Shown here one piece after another: positions 27,173 to 40,384 of a DNA stretch of 64,000 bases (position 1 is the first letter of the stretch; each line of letters opens with the position of its first letter). Origin of the DNA: Octopus vulgaris (lineage: Eukaryota); assembly GCA_951406725.2 (NCBI GenBank), contig OX597825.1:53072001-53136000 (forward strand). The letters run 5' to 3'. The translations under genes were made by a program, and so were the position numbers. Under the pieces are notes generated by a model, which was not told the origin of the DNA, made no database searches, and saw only the letters and a program-made list of their open reading frames with translations.

Positions 27173-27545
27173 TAGCAGTATCGCCCGGCGTTGCTCAGGT
27201 TTGTAAGGGAAATAACTATAAAGCATTTTTAGAGAGTTATAGCCAAAAAATAGCAAAAAAATGGAAAAAAAATGATGGTAAATTTTTTTGAGAGTTAAAA
27301 AAGGTGGAGTTGCGTCCCCTAGACGGTCTGTGGTTTGGGTTTCTGATTCTCGACCCCATGTCGAATTTATCGATTTTTTTCAGAACTGGGGGAAATTTTC
27401 AAAATTTTCGCTGCGTTAGTTTTGAATTATGACATTGGGCTATGTGTATGTCAAGTTTCATCAGAATCGGTTGAAAGCCGTGGTCAGAGTGAGGGTACGA
27501 GAAAACAGACACACAGAAAACGCACAGACAAACTGCCGTTTATAA

Positions 27546-27549
<4 letters not shown>
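27172..27549 (-). mobile_element. non-autonomous Helitron (about 380 bp)
   Basis: On the minus strand: 5' TC, 3' GC-rich hairpin CCTGAGCAACGCCGGG then CTAG; inserted in a (TA)n tract; near-identical to 39998-40384. Confidence 0.8.
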
Positions 27550-27594
<45 letters not shown>

Positions 27595-27595
<1 letters not shown>

Positions 27596-29372
27596 TCTTT
27601 CTTGACTATTGTGGGTCAAAGGGGCACGCTACATCAACTATATAGCATATGTGATGCACCACCACTAGGTCCGGTCAGCGAAGCTCTAGCATCTGATCTT
27701 TGTGGATTGAGAAATTCCAGAGGAATTTGCAGGTCTCTGACACCGCTACTCACTGCGGTTTGTGTTCATACTATGTCTTGTCTCTCTCTCGCTCCCATTT
27801 ATCGCACAGTTTCTAATGTAGCATTTTCGTTACCTGATTTTGTTGCCACGATTTGTAGTGGTTTTGGACAAGTCTAGGGCATTATTCCACGTTACGGACA
27901 ATGGTTCCATCCACTCTGTTAGGGATGCGGTATCGTCCTAAGGTTGCCCAACCAATTCGTAGCCAAAGCTTCGTCTTGCGCTGCTAGTAAATCGGCCTCA
28001 GTCTCTTTTTTTAGTGTTCATTTTCCAGCCAATCCCACTGATATTTTGCATCAACTTCGGTTGTGGTTACATGGAATTGAATGTGTAGTCCCTCGTTGCA
28101 TGTTCTTATGGTACTTCTTGATTTGTTTCTCCATTTTCTCTGCTTGCAATACACTCTCATTTCTAAGTGACACTAGCAAGCTTTCCTGCTTTGGACAAGG
28201 TATCACATTAAGTTCCCGCGTTCGAAACGTACGCATTCTTCCACGATTATCAGTCTCTTTTCTCCATTTGCTCTTTTCATGTATAAGCGATAAGTATCTG
28301 CCCGTGAATGATGGGCTCCATGCATCTTTAGGATCTTTTTTGTCTTCCCGTCCAGCTCCTTTAGCTTCTCCTCTGTCTACTAATGCGACTGCGCGCGAGT
28401 TTTCTTTGCCGAAATTGTGTTTCTGGCATTCAACTTTGAAGCCAATATTTTTCTCAATCGTCTCAGCTACTCTTCCTTTGTCTGTCTTTCATATCGTTGT
28501 GTTAAATTCCATCTGCATCAAGTATTTCCAGATTCATGTTCAATTGCCTTCATCGTCTCACCTCTTCGCATGCATGTGTCTTACGTCCTGACAAGCTTTC
28601 CTCACCTCATCACCATCGTAGCACAATTTGAGAGTCCAAACTCCATCTTGATATCATTCGAGAAAATCGGCACAGACTGGACTAGGCTTTCCAGTTCTGC
28701 CCACTTTTTGTGCACTTCAAGTCGTCCATGCATATCAAGTGGTTCAGATTTCTCTTACCGCTTCCCAGAGCATACTCCAACTTTGTTTTCTGTAGTATTT
28801 CAGTCAAGTGGGTAATTTCCAGCACAAAGATCAGTGGGTATTCATTTTCCCTCTGAAACATTCCTCTCTTGATTTTCACCTTTCCTAATACGTCATCTCC
28901 TGCTATCATTTCAGTTCTCCAAGATTTAATACTGTTCCATATAAGGCTTCGAATGTTTTCTGTTACTCCATACATTTCCATGGATCTTGTTATTCAAAAA
29001 TGTGATATCATATCGTAATTGTTACGAGAGTCAAGCCCTACCACACTCAAGTTTATGTGCTTTCACTTGCACTTTCTTATAATTAGATTATCAAGTAACA
29101 GCTGATCTTGGCTCCTGTTTCGGCATTCTTTCTTTTCAATAGGTAGCAGCCCCCTTTTTCCTAAGTATCTATACGGTTCAGTTCAGCAGCTAAAGAACAT
29201 GACAATATTTTCCACATTAGCAGAAGACACGCTATTAGTCGAAATTTGGATGCAATATTACCCTTCTCAGAATCCTTGGCACACAACAATGTCTTGCCCT
29301 TTGTCATCCATCTGGGTACAATGCTTTCCTGCAAACACTTATCTAGCTGTTGCGCAATGCTTTCACAGATCC
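27595..29372 (-). mobile_element. R4/Dong-like non-LTR retrotransposon (RT plus restriction-like endonuclease), degraded
   Basis: 'VPRWMTKGKTLL..KD....KFRLIACL..MWKIL', 'VKIKRGMFQ', 'NHLICMDDLK', 'RADTYRLYMKR', 'KETEADLLAAQDEALATNW', 'YEHKP...LWNFSI..D......PDLVV...CYIVDVACPFD'. Confidence 0.9.
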
Positions 29373-29610
29373 TTATTATTATTATTACTATTATTATTAT
29401 TATTACTAGTATCGTCGTCGTCATCATCATCATCGTCATCATCATCACCATCATCATCATCATCGTCGTCGTCATCATCATCTTCATCATCATGATCATC
29501 ATCATCATCACCATGATTATTATAGTTATTATTATTATTATTATTATCATCTTCACCGTGATTATTATTGTTATTTTTATTATAATGATTAACATTATTA
29601 TTATTATTAT
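29373..29610. repeat. compound (TTA)/(TCA)n microsatellite between two Dong-like elements
   Basis: Directly visible. Confidence 0.95.
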
Positions 29611-31179
29611 TTATTTTCTTTGCACAGCTTCTAATGCTGGAGATGTACTACGGTGCCGGTTATTCACTACCAGTGAACTAAGGCAACAATCCTTAATGTT
29701 CGAGCACTATTTGGAATATTCGAGTGGTTCCAAGCAGTGCTGATTTTAGCAAGTGCTCCACCTTTATTGCAGCCCCTATTTGTTCCATGTACTTCTCAAG
29801 ATTTTGACTCACTGTTCCCATGTTCTGACAAATATTGGTACTACTATCACCTTTTTTCATCGACTCGACCACAACTGCTTAACCTCTCAATCTAACCTAT
29901 CATATCTGTCGACATTTTTTCTTCCTTATCACACATCTTGTTGTCAGCTGCGCATGATATATCTATGATTCAGCATCGCTTGCTTTCTTTCTGAATTAAC
30001 ACTATGTCTGGTTTCATATTCTCTATCTCATGGTCGCACTGAATCATAAAATCCTATAGGATCTTTGCATTATCATTTTCAATGATGCCTTCGGGTTTAT
30101 GTTCGTACCACATTTTTGCTATGTCAAGTCCATACGTCCTGCAAAGTGTCCAATGGTCAATCCTTTCTATATTGTCATGACGCCACTTATATTCTTTCTG
30201 GGCTAGTGGCGTGAATTGACTGGTAATATGCCATATGGTTTAACCATTTCGTTCACAAATTCTGCACTTATCATTTTCTGATGTGTTGTCTATTCTCTAT
30301 TTGATGTAATCGGTCTCAGTGCTTGCTCTTGGGCAGCATAGATTAGAGCTTCTGTTTCCGGTTTTAAATCACTTTTAGTCATCCATAGCCATCTTTTTTT
30401 CTTTGTTTATCTATCTTATCTTCAACATCTCTATGAAATTGTTCATGCATTCTCTTCTTTATCCACCCATTTTCAGTTTCATTCGTTCTCAGTGCTTGTA
30501 CAGTGCTTTGTCTTAGCAATGTTCCATTCTACACAAGCCTGACCTTTTTACTTCCAATAATGGTGGTACTGTGACATTTTTCCATACCATGCTATGTTGT
30601 TTTCTGTTGCTCTAATACTGTGTTCTCATCCAAACAGTCCTCTTACCCACTTTTTTTGGTACATACAGTCTGTCTGTGTCACTTTGTGTGGAGTATCCCA
30701 TATCTAGTCAGCAACTTCCTTGTCATCTGTCTAAGCTGTTTGGTTCGTCTACTGTCCATGCGATTATCTCTGCTCCATATCTAAAGAGGGAAACCGCCCA
30801 GATGTTGATAGCCTCAATCTTATTCTGACAGTTTAATTTCGACTTAAAGATCAGTTTCATTCTGCACAAGTACTCTACCTTAAATTTTTCTGTCATTTCT
30901 TATTCCATCAATTTATCCATTTCCAATATCTCTAAGTACTTATAGCCTGTCTCTTCTATCTGCTTCATAACCCCACCGATGGTATCGCTAGCCAGTCCAT
31001 ACATTTGATTTTACCTCGCTTCGAGACTAACACAACGCACATTTTTAGTCTCTACTCCATTCTGATATGAGCTCTGAAAGTATACACCGTATGAAAGAAA
31101 GAACTGACTTGGGATTCATCTTTACCATAAAGTTTGAGGTCATCCATGAATAACAAGTAGTTGACTTAGTGTTGGCGGC
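29611..31179 (-). mobile_element. R4/Dong-like non-LTR retrotransposon, 5'-truncated with its 3' end present
   Basis: 'VNYLLFMDDLKLYG', 'YKYLEILE', 'DTDRLYVP', 'SDLKPETEALIYAAQEQAL', 'KCRIC', 'RHDN', 'WYEHKPE.IIEND.AKIL.DFMIQCDH....KPDIV' (RLE PD motif); (TAA)n on both flanks. Confidence 0.92.
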
Positions 31180-31256
<77 letters not shown>

Positions 31257-33141
31257 TATCTATTTATTTATTTATTAACATTGTCATCATCATCATCGTT
31301 ATGATACAGAAAGGTGGAATTTAAATCAGTGCTTAAAGACGGTAGAAATGCTACTAAGTATTTTGTATGGTATTCTAACTACTCTACCAGGTCGCCGCCT
31401 TTCTTATAATCATAGTGATATATATAGAAGAGCAAGCGTTATACAAAATACATCAATATAGCTTTCAACAAATACCTTAGGATTGTTATTTTTACTTGAG
31501 TCGTTAAAATATACTCTGTCCATATATTTTTGAATGTCTAAAAATATATTTACTCATAGTACTGAAAGAAATCGAAAGTAAACAAGCAAAATTAAGTTGA
31601 GAAGTGAGCCAAGAAGCATCAGGGACAAGGTATATCAGTACAATGAATTTGAAACAATAGCAATCATTACAACACCTAAATCACCGACAGAAGGCAAAAA
31701 CAAAGCTAACATGTTGTACGATTTGTACGATGTCATATTGTTTTACTAAAACACATCCGTCAAACGTCTTGTTATTCATCTATGTAAGAATGACAGTTAT
31801 AATATCAAGAGATTTATTGTTCGTTAAAGAATTTTGACTGTGGAAACAATGTTTTTATCATATATATATATTTTACACATACATACTTACTTCCATGCAC
31901 ACGCACACACACACACACATACATATATATGAGTGTATGTGTGTGTGTGTCTGTGCGTATATTACACATATATGTATGTATATATTTGTATATTTCTCTC
32001 CCCTCTCTCACTGTCATATTTTCATGTACTTATTTGTTTATATGTCTGTAGCGGTGACTGTTATTTATGTACGTGTGTTAACACCTCTCATATGGTACGT
32101 ATGCATACATCATTAAGCACACATCCTTCCGCTTATACAAAAAACATGTATATATGTGAGTGTATATGCTGTGTGTGTTTACATTTGTCTATATTTATGT
32201 TCGTGTATAAATGTTTGCTTGTGTGTGTATTACACGCATGTATAGATATACATGTATACATATCTTTTCCTTCCTTTCTCTAGCTTTCTCTCTCTCTAGC
32301 TACATATATATACACACGTGTTTATCATAAAAGGAAAATAACTGTAATTGTAGTTTTTTTTTAATACACTCGGTAAGCAATCCACTGAAGTCAATTTATA
32401 AACAACAAAATCATATATAAATATGATATATCATAACAAGCGTTACGTTATGGCCCCTTCTCCTTCTGTCATATTTGTGATAATATGTGGGAAATTATGA
32501 ACAATCTTAGCTTCATTGAAACGATGTATTTTTTTCAATTATCTTTTATTTATTTCATCTTGTGAATGAGAAGTCATCTTTTCTGTGATAGTTGCAGAAG
32601 CAGAATAATGCAAAAACAAAAAGTAATCTTCTTCTCTGTAGAATCCTTATTTGAAATGAGAAATATGATCATTAACTTGACAATCTCCAGAAGGAAAACT
32701 CCATTGAAGATCTGTGATAGAATATTGAGACAAAACGAAATTGAAGAATATGTTGGAACAAAAATCTTTACTTACGGCTTATTAATAGAATAGTACTAAT
32801 TATAGCCAACATTATTTAATAAAATGAAGTTTGCTGAGACGTTGATTAAACAATGTTTTTAAACAACAATGACAGCGGAGTGATAAATATGCCAGAAGCA
32901 TTTATTTCAAATTCGGACGTGAATTAACATAAATAATATTTTCTTTACAAATTTGTAAAGACCAAATGATGAAATTGCCACAACATTTAGCATTCTTCGA
33001 AACAAAACTTTTACAAGTCTTCAATTTGTTTTTTTTTCCTTTTCTATGAAGCTCTCATTTTCACTCTCCTTCCTCACCCCCCTCTCTCTCTCTGTATTTA
33101 TGTACTTATGTATGTATATACCTATATATGTATACATGTAT

Positions 33142-33215
<74 letters not shown>

Positions 33216-33286
33216 ATATATATTGCATGTTTGTATGAATACATATACGTACGTACGAACGTATGTATGTATTTATATATAAATGT

Positions 33287-33475
33287 GTAAGGCGGTGAGC
33301 TGGCAGAATCGTTTGCACACTGGGTGAAATGATTAGCGGTATTTCGTCTACCGCTGCGTTCTGAGTTCAAATTCTGCCGAGCTCAACTTTGCCTTTCATC
33401 GTTTCGGGGTCGATAAATTAACGTCCAGTTACACACTGGGGTCGATATAATCGACTAGCCCCCTTCTCCAAAAAA
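33287..33475 (+). mobile_element. SINE with 'gcctttcatc.tttcggggtcgataaa' core
   Basis: Head AAGGCGGTGAGCTGGCAGAA, B-box-like GAGTTCAAATTC; repeated at 53160-53945, with minus-strand pieces at 13570-13640 and 31310-31400. Confidence 0.8.
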
Positions 33476-34240
33476 GTTTCACACACACACATATATATAA
33501 TGAAAGAAGTTGAAACGGAATTATTCTATTCAATATCATGTTTATTAGAGCGATTATGTAACAAATTACACTTCTATAATTAAATGTGAAATATCAAGTC
33601 TTATTAAGGCGACTTGTTCCAAAAATGTCCGAAATATGTATTGGAAAATCAATGTACAATATACAGTACCCTACTCAATTAATGGAGAAAAAGGTGTCTA
33701 TCTTCGTATGAACTTTTTTTTCTGACATGAAACTACCATTAGAAATTCTTTTTTTTTTTTTTATCAGAAATCGTCACAACTGTAATGTTGTATACTTAAT
33801 TTTGTATATTTTATGCCAATAGCTGGTTGAGACGCCAAAGACAGGAAGTTCAAATACAAGAAGTTGAGAAAATGATTTGAAGAAGTGAATCTTTATATAT
33901 AGAGCAATAATATTTATTTTTAATAAAAAAATAAATCGAGACCGCATTATTCTTTCCAAGGTCAAATTATTCATGTGTCCCAAGTATGGTACAGATTGAT
34001 CCAGAGGTTTGAGCGTGCAGTGAGGGAAGACACACAGACAGAGAATTATATATATATATATACATGCAAGATCAGATATGACGTCATAAGCAGAGGGTTA
34101 ATGTTATACAAAAGCGCATTAAACCTCCGTTCATGAAGTGAATGCAACAAAACATTTGCGGGACGCCTTTTGCAGCAAGTGGATACTCATACAGTTTTAC
34201 TATAATAGTGTCTGCTTACTATAAACAACAATTTTCCTTT

Positions 34241-34282
<42 letters not shown>

Positions 34283-35531
34283 GACACAGATATGCGAGTG
34301 TGCGTGTCTGTGTATGTTAATATGGTTGCAGGGGAAGACTGGTACAACAAATCTATGGCTTGCTAAGAATCTTCGTTCACAAATACAGCATTGTGTTCTT
34401 TAAATTAGGGTTAATCGTTATATGATACATAACTATATTGTAATTATTATATCGCTGAAAGACAGCAGATAAGAAGCAGTGAGGCAGGTGACAAATTACA
34501 ATTGAAACAGGCACCTTGCTGCGTATGCTAAAAGTTCATTTGAAAGAGATAAATATGTTTACTTAATTGGATTGCTAATAAATAGGGCTATAATCAATAA
34601 TGAGGTTCAAACACTGTAAAAGGAAATTGTCTATGCCTATAAATTATCGCAATTTAATAGTTATTATATTAATCAACTTCCAGAAGGGATGTGTAATAGA
34701 ATGAATTTTTAAAAATGTAGCTTATTCAAATTGCAGTTCTAATCTTTTAGCGTTTGTATATCTGTGTAACGTTTCTATATTCTCAAATATATAAAGTTAT
34801 GAAGCTATGTGGCTGTGTGTTAAAACGTTTTCTTGTCTACTACACGGTTTGGGTACATATATATTCTTACAATATATACGTACACACACACACACGTATA
34901 TATATATATATATATGTGAGGAATATATATATGTGTGCGCTTTGTGTGTTTGTGTATATATATATATACATACAGACACACATATACACACATATTTAGA
35001 TATTTTCGATGTGTTATACAAAAGGTTGAGAATTGGAAGTAATTGTCGACTTTTTAGTCACATAGTTCGATGTTCCTCGATGAGTTGATGTTCTCCTTTA
35101 TGACTGAATGTGTTGTGTGGACGCCCCCAGACGATGTAGTAGGCTAGCCCAATACGTAGATACATAGGGAGAAGTCTAGACGTTGTCAGAGTCGAGTAGC
35201 AGTCGGAGCAGTAGAGAGTAGAGGAGATCAGAGTTTAGTAGAAGGCATCCGAACGTGCGACATAACAGAATGTTAATTGACAAATGTTTAATATCATTAT
35301 TAAAATGTAATTTTTTATATATATAGCAAAAGAGGAGACTGGGGAAATTTTTGGTAATATTTATTTACCATTACACGTGCTTTATTTGCAAATAGGAGAT
35401 ACAAAGTTGTACTTCTCGGAGAAACAAGTACTACAATATCGCCCGTTAGAAATAATTTAGGTAGAAAATCAAATAATGCCTCTGGTTGTTGGAACCTCTG
35501 GAGAATTTCTAATTCACACACACAAACCCAT

Positions 35532-35585
<54 letters not shown>

Positions 35586-35659
35586 ATGTATATATCTTTT
35601 ATTTGATACTTGTTTCAACTATTAGACAGTGGCCTTGCTACAGCACTACACTGGAAAGT

Positions 35660-35875
35660 CTAAATAGGGCATTTTTCCGAGTCATGCAGGCTGGTTTCTC
35701 AGTTTTATTGTGGTGTGCATATTCCTCTCTGGACAGGACGCCAGTCCGTTTCAGCAATACTCATTTTTGCCAGCCTTGTGGAGTGGACTAGCGTGTAATG
35801 AAGAGATTTTCTCAAGAATATAAAGCATCACTCGAAACAACAGCCTCAAAGTCACGAGCCTCGCCACTAGGCAAA
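35660..35875 (-). mobile_element. degenerate SINE
   Basis: Shares 'ggacgccagtcc' with 10735 and a 'ctcattt...tgaa...ctcaag' block with about 1815-1875. Confidence 0.5.
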
Positions 35876-35884
35876 GCACCTGTA

Positions 35885-36004
35885 CTTTGGAGAGTTTAGT
35901 CTACCCACATACTTCTATTTGTAAACCGTTATTGCATACGCTCCTTTTCAGAACTGCTAAGTTACGGGGAAATAAGCTAACGAACATTGCATATGCATAT
36001 GCAC

Positions 36005-36043
<39 letters not shown>

Positions 36044-36200
36044 CATATATATGTGTATGTTTAGGTATGTATGTATTTATATATACGTACACGCACACGC
36101 ACAAATATACACATATACACGACAAATTTCTTCCAGTTTCCGACAACTATACCCACTCTCATAGCTTTGGTTGGCCCGGGGCAATGTGTAGGAGAAACAT
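35885..36200 (-). mobile_element. degenerate SINE (47066 family) with internal (TA)/(CA) tract
   Basis: 'gaactgctaagttacggg' and 'gctttggttggcccggggc' are reverse complements of SINE blocks at 47350 and 47170. Confidence 0.65.
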
Positions 36201-36774
36201 GTATGATATCTTCTTTTAGAATTTTTTCAGAGAGAATCAACTACTAACTTCGTTTACTTGATTATTTGATCAAATAATCAAAGTTATTATTTGATTCTCT
36301 CAAACATTTCTCGCAGGCGATATTTCTCCAACGTGCACAAGATTGGATCTATTAGCAAATGAAACACATGTAATGGTGAAGAAATATTGCTAAAAATTTT
36401 CCATTCTTCTGTTTTCATATGTAATTACTTTGCTAAAAAACAATTCCCAGAATTTTCATATCACAGAAATATCACTGTGAATTTTCATATCACAGAAATA
36501 TAACATCTACATACGTATTTGGAATAGTGGAATAAGCGGATGCTCTTAAAGAGAACATGTCTTCGATGTTTATATATATATGTATAAAATTTCTGAAAAG
36601 GATTAATATAATGAAAGCGCCCACACACTAGAAAAACATTTATTCGAAAAAAAGGGTAATAACATCCTCGTAAAAGATTTCATAACTTCCTGATTTAAAT
36701 TAATCTTCTTTAAGGAATCACCTTTACACTTCAAATCTGTATTAAGTAATCCTCAAATCCTCACAGACTTTCAG

Positions 36775-36825
<51 letters not shown>

Positions 36826-37465
36826 CAAATGTGGCAAGGAATTGATTTAAGGAATAAGGGTGAGGGAGCGGTGAAAGAAGATATACTGAGATATGGATAC
36901 AAGAAGGGAGAGAAACAGAAAAGGGATATGCTTAATTTCATTTTATTTGATGACATTTATTGAACTCCGTTTAATGAATCAATTCTTATAATAATCAACT
37001 GCTTACACAGAGATATGTTAAGAAATACGTAAGTAACGTGTTAAAAAGACATTGGAAACCTAGGTGAATAATTCCCTTAGCGTAAATTTTCATGCGGATA
37101 AATAGTATATATATATATATATATATTTATAATATAAATATATATATATATATATGTATTCATACGTATATACATATATGTATTCATACGTATGTACATA
37201 TATGTATGTATATAATATATATATGTATATATACATATATGTATATATATAAATATATACAATATGTATATATATATATATGCAATTAAGCCAATATTTG
37301 CATTAGTATGGGTGAATGTGTGTGTATAACGAAAGTTGAGTATGGTTCTAACATTATTTATTACGTGTTACATGTTTCAGGGAAAATTATGGCTGAATTA
37401 TGTCATCAACAGAGGAATATTGCTTAAACCATTTATCACAGATTCTTTGAGAAAATATTCTTATA

Positions 37466-37501
<36 letters not shown>

Positions 37502-37544
37502 TGTATGTATGTATGTATGTATGTATGTATGTATATATATGTAT

Positions 37545-38483
37545 GGCGTGGATGACCGAATAAACCTTCAGTCAGACCTACTAGCTGTTGTCCAATGGGC
37601 GGAAAAGAATAACATGTTGCTAAATGAAGACAAATTCGAACTGATCCACTTTGGAAGGGAGGACGCTCTGAAACTCCCATACTCTCTTCCTTCTGGAGAA
37701 ATTCTCATGGCATCCAACAACATCAGAGACCTGGGAGTAACAGTGGACAACAACATAAGCTGGGCTACACATATAAGCAGCAAAGTTGACATGGCCCGCA
37801 GAATGTGTTCCTGGATTCTCAGAACCTTCCAGTCGAGAGATTCCCACGCTATTATCCTTCTCTTCTCCACTTTTGCCCGACCCCACCTTGAATACTGCTG
37901 TCCACTGTGGTCTCCCTACACAAAACAAAATATTATGAGAATTGAAGCTCCCCAAAGGTCAATCACAAAAAAGATAGATGGCATGTCAGACCTTGACTAC
38001 TGGGGTAGACTAGAGAAGCTGAATTTGTATTCACTCCAACGACGCCGTGAACGCTACATTATCTGTATGATGTGGAAAATATTCCATCAGCACTGTCCGA
38101 ATGATGTTGGCATCACCTTCAAAATGCATCCAAGGCTTGGACCACGTGCCATCCGTCCACAACAAAAATCTAAATCGCATCACATAACGACAATACAGCA
38201 CAACTATTTCACCTCAATTGGACCCGCTCTCTTCAACATTACACCAGGCACGTCAAAAAAGAAACTGACCACACAAAATTCAAGAAGTCTTTGGACAAAT
38301 TCCTTCAAACAGTACCGGACAAACCATCCACACCCGGATATGTCTCCGCAAACAATAACTCTCTGCTCGAATGGGCCTTGGTGCCCAAATCCTGAACTGA
38401 AAGACTTCGCCAGGTGGTGCTATTAAGTTAGACATGGCCTGGGCCAATACTGGCCAAAAACCTTTCTAAGTTATTCTAAGTTA
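37545..38483 (+). mobile_element. CR1-clade LINE, 5'-truncated (RT C-terminus, 3' UTR and tandem tail)
   Basis: 'LQSDL..V.QWAEKNNM.LN.DK', 'RDLGV.VD...SW..HI', 'RPHLEYCCPLWSPY', 'RLEKLNLYSLQRRRER'; frameshift near 38250; tail (TTCTAAGTTA)x2. Confidence 0.95.
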
Positions 38484-38498
38484 TATATATATATATAT

Positions 38499-38629
<131 letters not shown>

Positions 38630-38680
38630 CGGTTAGACAACAAAAGAAAAAAACTGACCTCGATATTATGTAAATAGAAG

Positions 38681-38741
38681 AATTACTGAAGAGATGGCGG
38701 CGTGGATTTCCATCTCGGCATCCGAAAATCGGAGTTTTATC
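38681..38741 (+). ncRNA. candidate hammerhead ribozyme (second family)
   Basis: CTGAAGA (38686-38692), stem II GATG...CATC, GAA-A, near-palindromic stem III AATC-G-GAGT, cleavage triplet GUU, imperfect stem I ATTA/TTAT. Confidence 0.5.
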
Positions 38742-38776
38742 ATGGTTACCGAATAATTGTCACATATTACATTTAC

Positions 38777-38828
<52 letters not shown>

Positions 38829-38858
38829 TATATATATATATATATGTGTGTGTGTGTA

Positions 38859-38897
<39 letters not shown>

Positions 38898-39997
38898 ATT
38901 TAATGTATATGTGCTTGCATGTGAGTGTGCATACTCATAAGCTTGCAGTACTTTAACTGGATGAGCTTACATTTTGACTGAAAGTCTCATCAGTTTACCA
39001 TTGTGAACATTTCTCTGCTTGTTCGGTTAGATGACCGACTTTAGACAGTTCGGCTTTGAGCTTTCTATCCTTTGGCTAGTATCAATAGAAAACAGAAAAT
39101 AATTTGTTCTCTTTTGGGACTCTTACTAAAACATTCATCAATATTTCAGTATGTCGAATATCCCCAAAAGAACGTGACAATATTGTGCTGGTTATAAAAG
39201 TCAGCTGCCTGAGTATAAGGTAATAAAATGAAGAAAATGTTAATATAGGCATGAATTGATTTTATATAAGTGACATTTTATTTTTACCGCTTTTATACGT
39301 ATTTCATTTTCACTAACCATAATTCGAGTTTAAAAAGGAAAAAATGCTGTTATTATCTTCGCTTCTATCAGCTTGTGAACTCTTGCCTCCATTTCGCTAA
39401 GACAAGTGAATGTCTCTCACTTGTACTAACTTTGGTCTCTTTGACTTTTATATCGACAGGACAAAACACTCTAACACTTTCCTTCCACCAATATCAAAAA
39501 AAACACTGTTGTACGGACCTGACTCTCCCCTCGACTGTCTCAAATCCCGATATTTGTCGAAGAAAATAAGAAATCTTTTAGTGACTGCTATGTCGATCAA
39601 TTCAAAAATATGTAGCTTATATACTTTTCCTCCTTGTTCCTGACTATAATCTGCTTGGACACGTGTGACATTCAAATGGAACAAAATACGCAATCGCGTT
39701 ATCTCTTTCTGCCAAAGTGTTTATTTTAACACTATTTTCTACAACATAAATTACCCAGCTTTATGTATTCATTCATTCTCAATACGTTGTACCAGATTCG
39801 AACGTGAATAGCTAATAGTAGTTATTTTTTGACATCAGAGAATATTTCTCTTTTTTTAAGTAACGTTCGATTCATTGGTATGAGGGGAATTTAAATTTCT
39901 TCTCGGTGTTTCAAACTTATCTGCTTCCTCAGACAAATCCACTCTTGAATTAATTGATCTAACAAGAGCACAGGCATCGCTTATATTTTTATAGATA

Positions 39998-40384
39998 TCT
40001 CTCTCTATATATAAACGGCAGTTTGTCTGTGCGTTTTCTGTGTGTCTGTTTTCTCGTACCCTCACTCTGACCACGGCTTTCAACCGATTCTGATGAAACT
40101 TGACACACACATAGCCCAATGTCATAATTCAAAACTAACGCAGCGAAAATTTTGAAAAGTTCCCCCAGTTCTGAAAAAGATCGATAAATTCGACATGGGG
40201 TCGAGAATCAGAAACCCAAACCACAGACCGTCTAGGGGACGCAACTCCACCTTTTTTATCCCTCAAAAAAAATTTACCATCATTTTTTTTCCATTTTTTT
40301 GCTATTTTTTTGGCTATAACTCTCTAAAAATGCTTTATAGTTATTTCCCTTACAAACCTGAGCAACGCCGGGCGATACTGCTAG
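39998..40384 (+). mobile_element. non-autonomous Helitron (about 385 bp)
   Basis: A|TC...hairpin...CTAG|T, with no target-site duplication; reverse complement of 27172-27549 with only a few differences. Confidence 0.85.

Noticed and set aside
27944-28815. Plus-strand ORFs of 215 and 132 aa
   Set aside because: They are antisense shadows of the minus-strand R4/Dong-like RT.
35010-35310. Solo LTR candidate
   Set aside because: No clear TG...CA boundaries with a target-site duplication, and no second copy in the window.
37473-38426. 317-aa ORF as an intact gene
   Set aside because: Its N-terminus is (TATG)n microsatellite and its C-terminus is frameshifted; it is a 5'-truncated CR1 RT lacking the catalytic YADD.
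39300-39700. Possible piggyBac transposase C-terminus ('VYKLHIFELIDIAVT') and a similar hint at 41600-41840
   Set aside because: Too few motifs and no TTAA/TIR found; it needs a profile search.
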